This document shows positions 60,762-64,000 of a stretch of DNA of 64,000 nt, in pieces. A program made the translations under genes and the position numbers. Below the pieces are notes generated by a model. That model was given only the letters and a program-made list of their open reading frames with translations. It was not told where the DNA came from and did not search any database. This DNA comes from a virus. Location: positions 28,843 to 92,842 of the IMG/VR virus record IMGVR_UViG_3300008262_000024. The stretch is one strand, 5' to 3'. Numbering within the stretch: the stretch's first letter is position 1; each line of letters begins with the position of its first letter.

Positions 60762-61010
60762 GCTGAGTAGATATAATTTTCCCCTGAGAGTTTTAAACTT
60801 AATTTTGGATTTCCTGCAGTTGGTTTTTAGCCCCTAGTCTACTCTTCCCCTTACACGCTGGTGGTAGCCCTGCAATTATACCAAAACCTTTTTTGCAACT
60901 ATCGGAGAAAGTTATCTTCCTATTTAGAAGATTCTGATCCAACTTCTAACCCACTTTTACTTATGGGTGATCCAGAGGTTAAGAGGGTAAGACCTTAACT
61001 TGGGTTGCAG
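60762..61010 (-). ncRNA. Candidate structured ncRNA / leader RNA
   Basis: GC-enriched, ORF-free segment with multiple complementary helices, beginning just downstream of TATATTTG (61013-61020). Confidence 0.55.
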
Positions 61011-61012
61011 TG

Positions 61013-61020
61013 CAAATATA
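61013..61020 (-). promoter_or_regulatory. Bacteroidota -7 element TATATTTG
   Basis: Consensus match preceded by an extremely AT-rich tract, at the strand-switch point. Confidence 0.65.
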
Positions 61021-61140
61021 TAAAAAATTTTTTTTAAAAAAATAAAATGTTTTGTGTTTATGTAAGTGGGTACCTACTCAACAAAACCACCCCTCCTAAT
61101 CTTTAGGGCGACGTTGCCCCACACTAAAACCTCTAGAAAA

Positions 61141-61377
61141 ATGAGCAAGCTCACAAATTTATTAAAAAGCAATCTTGAAAGTAGTGCAGAACAACTAGTT
61201 GACATTACTAAGGATAACGTTGCTAGTGTAATCTTGAAGGATAAAATCTTCGCAATTCTTTGCGAGAACTTTGATGTTGAACCAACATTTACCGAGATTA
61301 CAACAAGTAAGGGTAAAACCCTTATTGTTGTTAGCAATTCAACAGTTCAGGAATTGAAGAAAGCGTTGCTTTCTTAA
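61141..61377 (+). CDS. First early-region hypothetical protein; start probably the ATG at 61141
   Basis: A-rich leader before MSKLTNLLK; followed by a strong terminator. Confidence 0.6.
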   Translation: MSKLTNLLKSNLESSAEQLVDITKDNVASVILKDKIFAILCENFDVEPTFTEITTSKGKTLIVVSNSTVQELKKALLS

Positions 61378-61387
61378 TTCCTTCACA

Positions 61388-61419
61388 GAAGAGAAAGGGC
61401 TTCGCCCTTTCCTTCTTTT
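61388..61419 (+). terminator. Rho-independent terminator
   Basis: GAAAGGGC-TTC-GCCCTTTC hairpin (61393-61411) followed by CTTCTTTT. Confidence 0.8.
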
Positions 61420-61741
61420 GATTATATATCGTTAAACCTGCATACAAGACAATTACCAACAATGTGCTTCTTTTGGCTAATTATTAAATATATAGCACAA
61501 AATACTGATCAAAGTTCTAGACTTAGATCACAAGGGTTTGGCAACTGTACCTTTGTATAAAATAACAAACAGTTGTTGATTTTACTTATAGCTTTGATAA
61601 AATAGTTTAATAAACTAATTACTATTTATAGTAAGTTTAATTGCCTGAGAAGCAATATCAAAGTTTTAGGTGTAAATTAAAAACTAATGCTCCTAGGTTC
61701 CTACATATTGTAGGTTTAGTAAGAGCACAACAAATAAAACA

Positions 61742-61975
61742 ATGGCACAAGCACTCTTTAATACTTTTCATAGTGATGTAACTCCTAAGTATTTACAACA
61801 ATACATAGATAGATTAGCCATAATAAATGGTCTTAAATTTACTGGTGATAAAATAACTGGTGAAGATAAAGCAACTGTTTTTATTAGTAATCTTTCTCAC
61901 GGCATCTGTTCTTGGACTATTTATAAGTCTGATGGAGATGTAGAACTTGGAATGTTTATTCTTGAAAAAAATTAA
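61742..61975 (+). CDS. Hypothetical early protein
   Basis: A-rich leader typical of Bacteroidota translation initiation. Confidence 0.6.
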   Translation: MAQALFNTFHSDVTPKYLQQYIDRLAIINGLKFTGDKITGEDKATVFISNLSHGICSWTIYKSDGDVELGMFILEKN

Positions 61976-62347
61976 AACACAGCACAGGTTGCAGGACATC
62001 CACTATTCAGTGGCTCTGTCCTCACCTGTAAAGAATTTGCACAAAGTTGTAATATTTCAAGACTCCTTTCTTAATGAAATAGTTTAAGAATAGGGAAAAT
62101 GGAAGGTCTGTTATTACAACTGACTATTTCTTATTCTAGTATGGCTAATATGTTTAGCCAATGGATTTTTCTTTGCTGATATTCTAATAAATTTCTTTTT
62201 AGGATATACAGAATCAGCAATCAGTGGTGCTACTACTAAAGAAAGTCAAGCATATTTTAGTGTTGTAATGCTTGTCTTGATTACACTAACACTATATTTA
62301 TACACAAAATGTTTAACCTTTAAAAAATTCAATTCAAAAAACGAGCT

Positions 62348-62722
62348 ATGGTAACATTACCCAAAAATTGTAAGGTAGTTTATGGAAGCACAGGTGTTTT
62401 CGTAAAAATGATCTATGCCACTTGTTTACCTGTTGGTGAACATGATGGTATTACTGTATTTAAATCACCAAAAAGTGGTAAAAATTACTTTGAGTTAAAC
62501 TTTCATGTGGATTATCAAAAAGATATGCCTATGAAAGTAAGTAAAGCCTATTTTGAACACAAGAAAAAAGCTATGTTGTTCAACAGGCTTAAAAAACAGG
62601 AAATTATTAAAAAAGAGATAGAAATTATCTCTAACAGTGATTTTCCAGGTACATGGGATATATGGCATTTGAAACAAAATAATCAATTGCCTAATCCACC
62701 GCTACAATTAAGTATTTTTTAA
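62348..62722 (+). CDS. Hypothetical early protein
   Basis: ORF with an A-rich leader. Confidence 0.6.
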   Translation: MVTLPKNCKVVYGSTGVFVKMIYATCLPVGEHDGITVFKSPKSGKNYFELNFHVDYQKDMPMKVSKAYFEHKKKAMLFNRLKKQEIIKKEIEIISNSDFPGTWDIWHLKQNNQLPNPPLQLSIF

Positions 62723-62792
62723 CTAACCAACAGAGAGGCATATGGTGTAGTGGATTAAGTTTCCAAGCACACTCTGTTTAATTTAACTAACA

Positions 62793-62930
62793 ATGAAGCA
62801 AACAGTACAAATTTTCATTTTAATGTGCATAGTAGCTGCAATGACTAGCTGTGCATCAAAAAAGAACAAATATCGCTGCAAGGGATTATCGGCTCACCCT
62901 GATTTCAAAAAGAGCTGGACTAAAAATTAA
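62793..62930 (+). CDS. Small lipoprotein (45 aa), not in the ORF track
   Basis: MKQTVQIFILMCIVAAMTS-C-ASKKNKYRCKGLSAHPDFKKSWTKN: hydrophobic core plus lipobox. Confidence 0.7.
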   Translation: MKQTVQIFILMCIVAAMTSCASKKNKYRCKGLSAHPDFKKSWTKN

Positions 62931-62935
62931 TACAC

Positions 62936-63169
62936 ATGTATTTAGGAGAATTACATGACATTGATGGTAATATTATGGTATACCTTCCATCAGTACCAAC
63001 AAAACAAAAATGGTATCCATTAAGTAAATTCAACAATGTAATAGTTGTTGACAAATTGGAATCCAAAATTGTGGAAGTAGAATTAATTCCCAATGAAGGA
63101 GAACTGGATGAGCAGCCAGAATATACTGCTCGTATTGTTAAACCATTAATTAACTTTTATGACAACTAA
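62936..63169 (+). CDS. Hypothetical early protein
   Basis: ORF in a tightly packed plus-strand cluster. Confidence 0.6.
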   Translation: MYLGELHDIDGNIMVYLPSVPTKQKWYPLSKFNNVIVVDKLESKIVEVELIPNEGELDEQPEYTARIVKPLINFYDN

Positions 63170-63425
63170 CAGAAATTCATGGAGTCCAAAAGAACAGGAA
63201 GTTCTTTTAAAAATCCTTGAGAAAAACAAGGAATTTGTATTAAGTTATAGTTTTGAATTAGCAGCTAAAAAGCTTAACAGAAGTTTATCAGCTGTTAGTC
63301 AGTACTATTATTATCACAAGAATAAGATTGAAAAACAATCTTTAAACAAGCAGTTTAAAACTCTTGTTAGAAGTGGTAAATACAAATTAACAAAGAAAGG
63401 TAATCTTTTTATTGTGGAAATATGA
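63159..63425 (+). CDS. Myb/SANT-like helix-turn-helix DNA-binding protein
   Basis: WSPKEQEVLL..AAKKLNRSLSAVSQYYY pattern. Confidence 0.7.
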   Translation: MTTNRNSWSPKEQEVLLKILEKNKEFVLSYSFELAAKKLNRSLSAVSQYYYYHKNKIEKQSLNKQFKTLVRSGKYKLTKKGNLFIVEI

Positions 63426-63520
63426 GAGCTATAATGAAAAGATTTGATCCAGAACATTATGTTCTTATGTTTTACATCATTTTAATGGTATGCATATGGA
63501 TTTATCACTATGGGATATGA
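63422..63520 (+). CDS. Small membrane peptide (32 aa), not in the ORF track
   Basis: ATGA-coupled at both ends; MRAIMKRFDPEHYVLMFYIILMVCIWIYHYGI. Confidence 0.5.
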   Translation: MRAIMKRFDPEHYVLMFYIILMVCIWIYHYGI

Positions 63521-63678
63521 TGAGATTAAAAGTAAGCTCTCTGGTTAAACCTAACAAGCCAGAGAGCACTTTTATCTCTACCAAACCAAAACTAAAAAAA
63601 GTTGTAGCCTATGATGATGTGCTAGACTACAACTCACAAGCAAAGCACATCTTTACACAAATTAATAAAGACAAATGA
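63517..63678 (+). CDS. Hypothetical protein; start revised to the ATGA overlap at 63517
   Basis: Coupled to the upstream peptide; same frame as the track ORF 63490..63678. Confidence 0.5.
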   Translation: MMRLKVSSLVKPNKPESTFISTKPKLKKVVAYDDVLDYNSQAKHIFTQINKDK

Positions 63679-63920
63679 ATACAAATTTTGTAATGCCTAT
63701 TAGATGGAATGAAGAAGATATGACACAAATGGATATTCTGCATAAAAACTTGCAGATGAACTTTATGTGGTCAGATTTCTTCATCAATAAAGGTGATATC
63801 ATCATGTTCAACAAATGTCAAAATGATATTAACAATATCAGATTGGCAATTAAAGAAATAAAACAACAACAACAATCTAAGTACAACAACAAAAATCAAA
63901 AACAATTTAACAAAAATTAA
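63675..63920 (+). CDS. Hypothetical protein
   Basis: ATGA-coupled ORF. Confidence 0.55.
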   Translation: MNTNFVMPIRWNEEDMTQMDILHKNLQMNFMWSDFFINKGDIIMFNKCQNDINNIRLAIKEIKQQQQSKYNNKNQKQFNKN

Positions 63921-63932
63921 AATTTAGAAATC

Positions 63933-64000
63933 ATGAGTAACATCGTAATTAAAGTAGCACAGTCAGAAATTAAAAATGACAAAAATCAGCGTCCTTACAA
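63933..64000 (+). CDS. Hypothetical protein, truncated by the window end
   Basis: ATG at 63933 after an A-rich leader; MSNIVIKVAQSEIKNDKNQRPY. Confidence 0.5.
   Translation, partial: MSNIVIKVAQSEIKNDKNQRPY

Noticed and set aside
61530-61579. preQ1-I riboswitch
   Set aside because: The topology is similar, but the conserved ligand-binding loop nucleotides are not evident and no queuosine gene follows; kept only as an unclassified pseudoknot.
61591-61664. Canonical tRNA gene
   Set aside because: No TTC T-loop, D-loop GG, 7 nt anticodon loop or CCA end.
1-64000. Stop-codon reassignment (TAG or TGA), as seen in some Crassvirales
   Set aside because: Very long ORFs are open in code 11, and TAG (e.g. 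15350, 34495, 35044, 36410) and TGA (6877) end genes exactly where the next gene or promoter begins.

Overview
An AT-rich 64 kb segment of a crAss-like phage (Crassvirales) genome. The host is almost certainly a Bacteroidota bacterium: TAnnTTTG promoters, signal peptides cleaving before Gln, and a type IX secretion sorting domain. Bases 1-60680 form a minus-strand late operon. In transcription order it encodes GroES-like, HU-like and ferritin-like genes, TerS and TerL, portal, scaffold-like protein, major capsid, ring, auxiliary capsid and tail-hub proteins, tail fibres, a lysis region, IHF-like and ring proteins, the muzzle and the giant injected cargo proteins. It ends in the virion RNA polymerase, a >2290 aa ORF missing from the ORF track (start 6880, runs off the window, GGDFDIDK active site). 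Beyond about 61050 small plus-strand early genes begin. The standard genetic code is used. The most unusual elements are: (1) a 3014 aa cargo protein divided by about 20 [YFLMHK]-[AS]-x-G-G type motifs into modules that include three paralogous zincins and a muramidase, suggesting a polyprotein; (2) a phage-encoded T9SS adhesin split into three secreted subunits whose termini suggest donor-strand complementation; (3) a ~250 nt highly paired non-coding leader of the packaging operon; (4) a tail protein with apparent nested domain topology; (5) clusters of pseudoknots and a cloverleaf in early intergenic DNA; (6) an ART-like domain fused to the virion RNA polymerase. All assignments come from motif reading and recalled synteny; no database searches were run.
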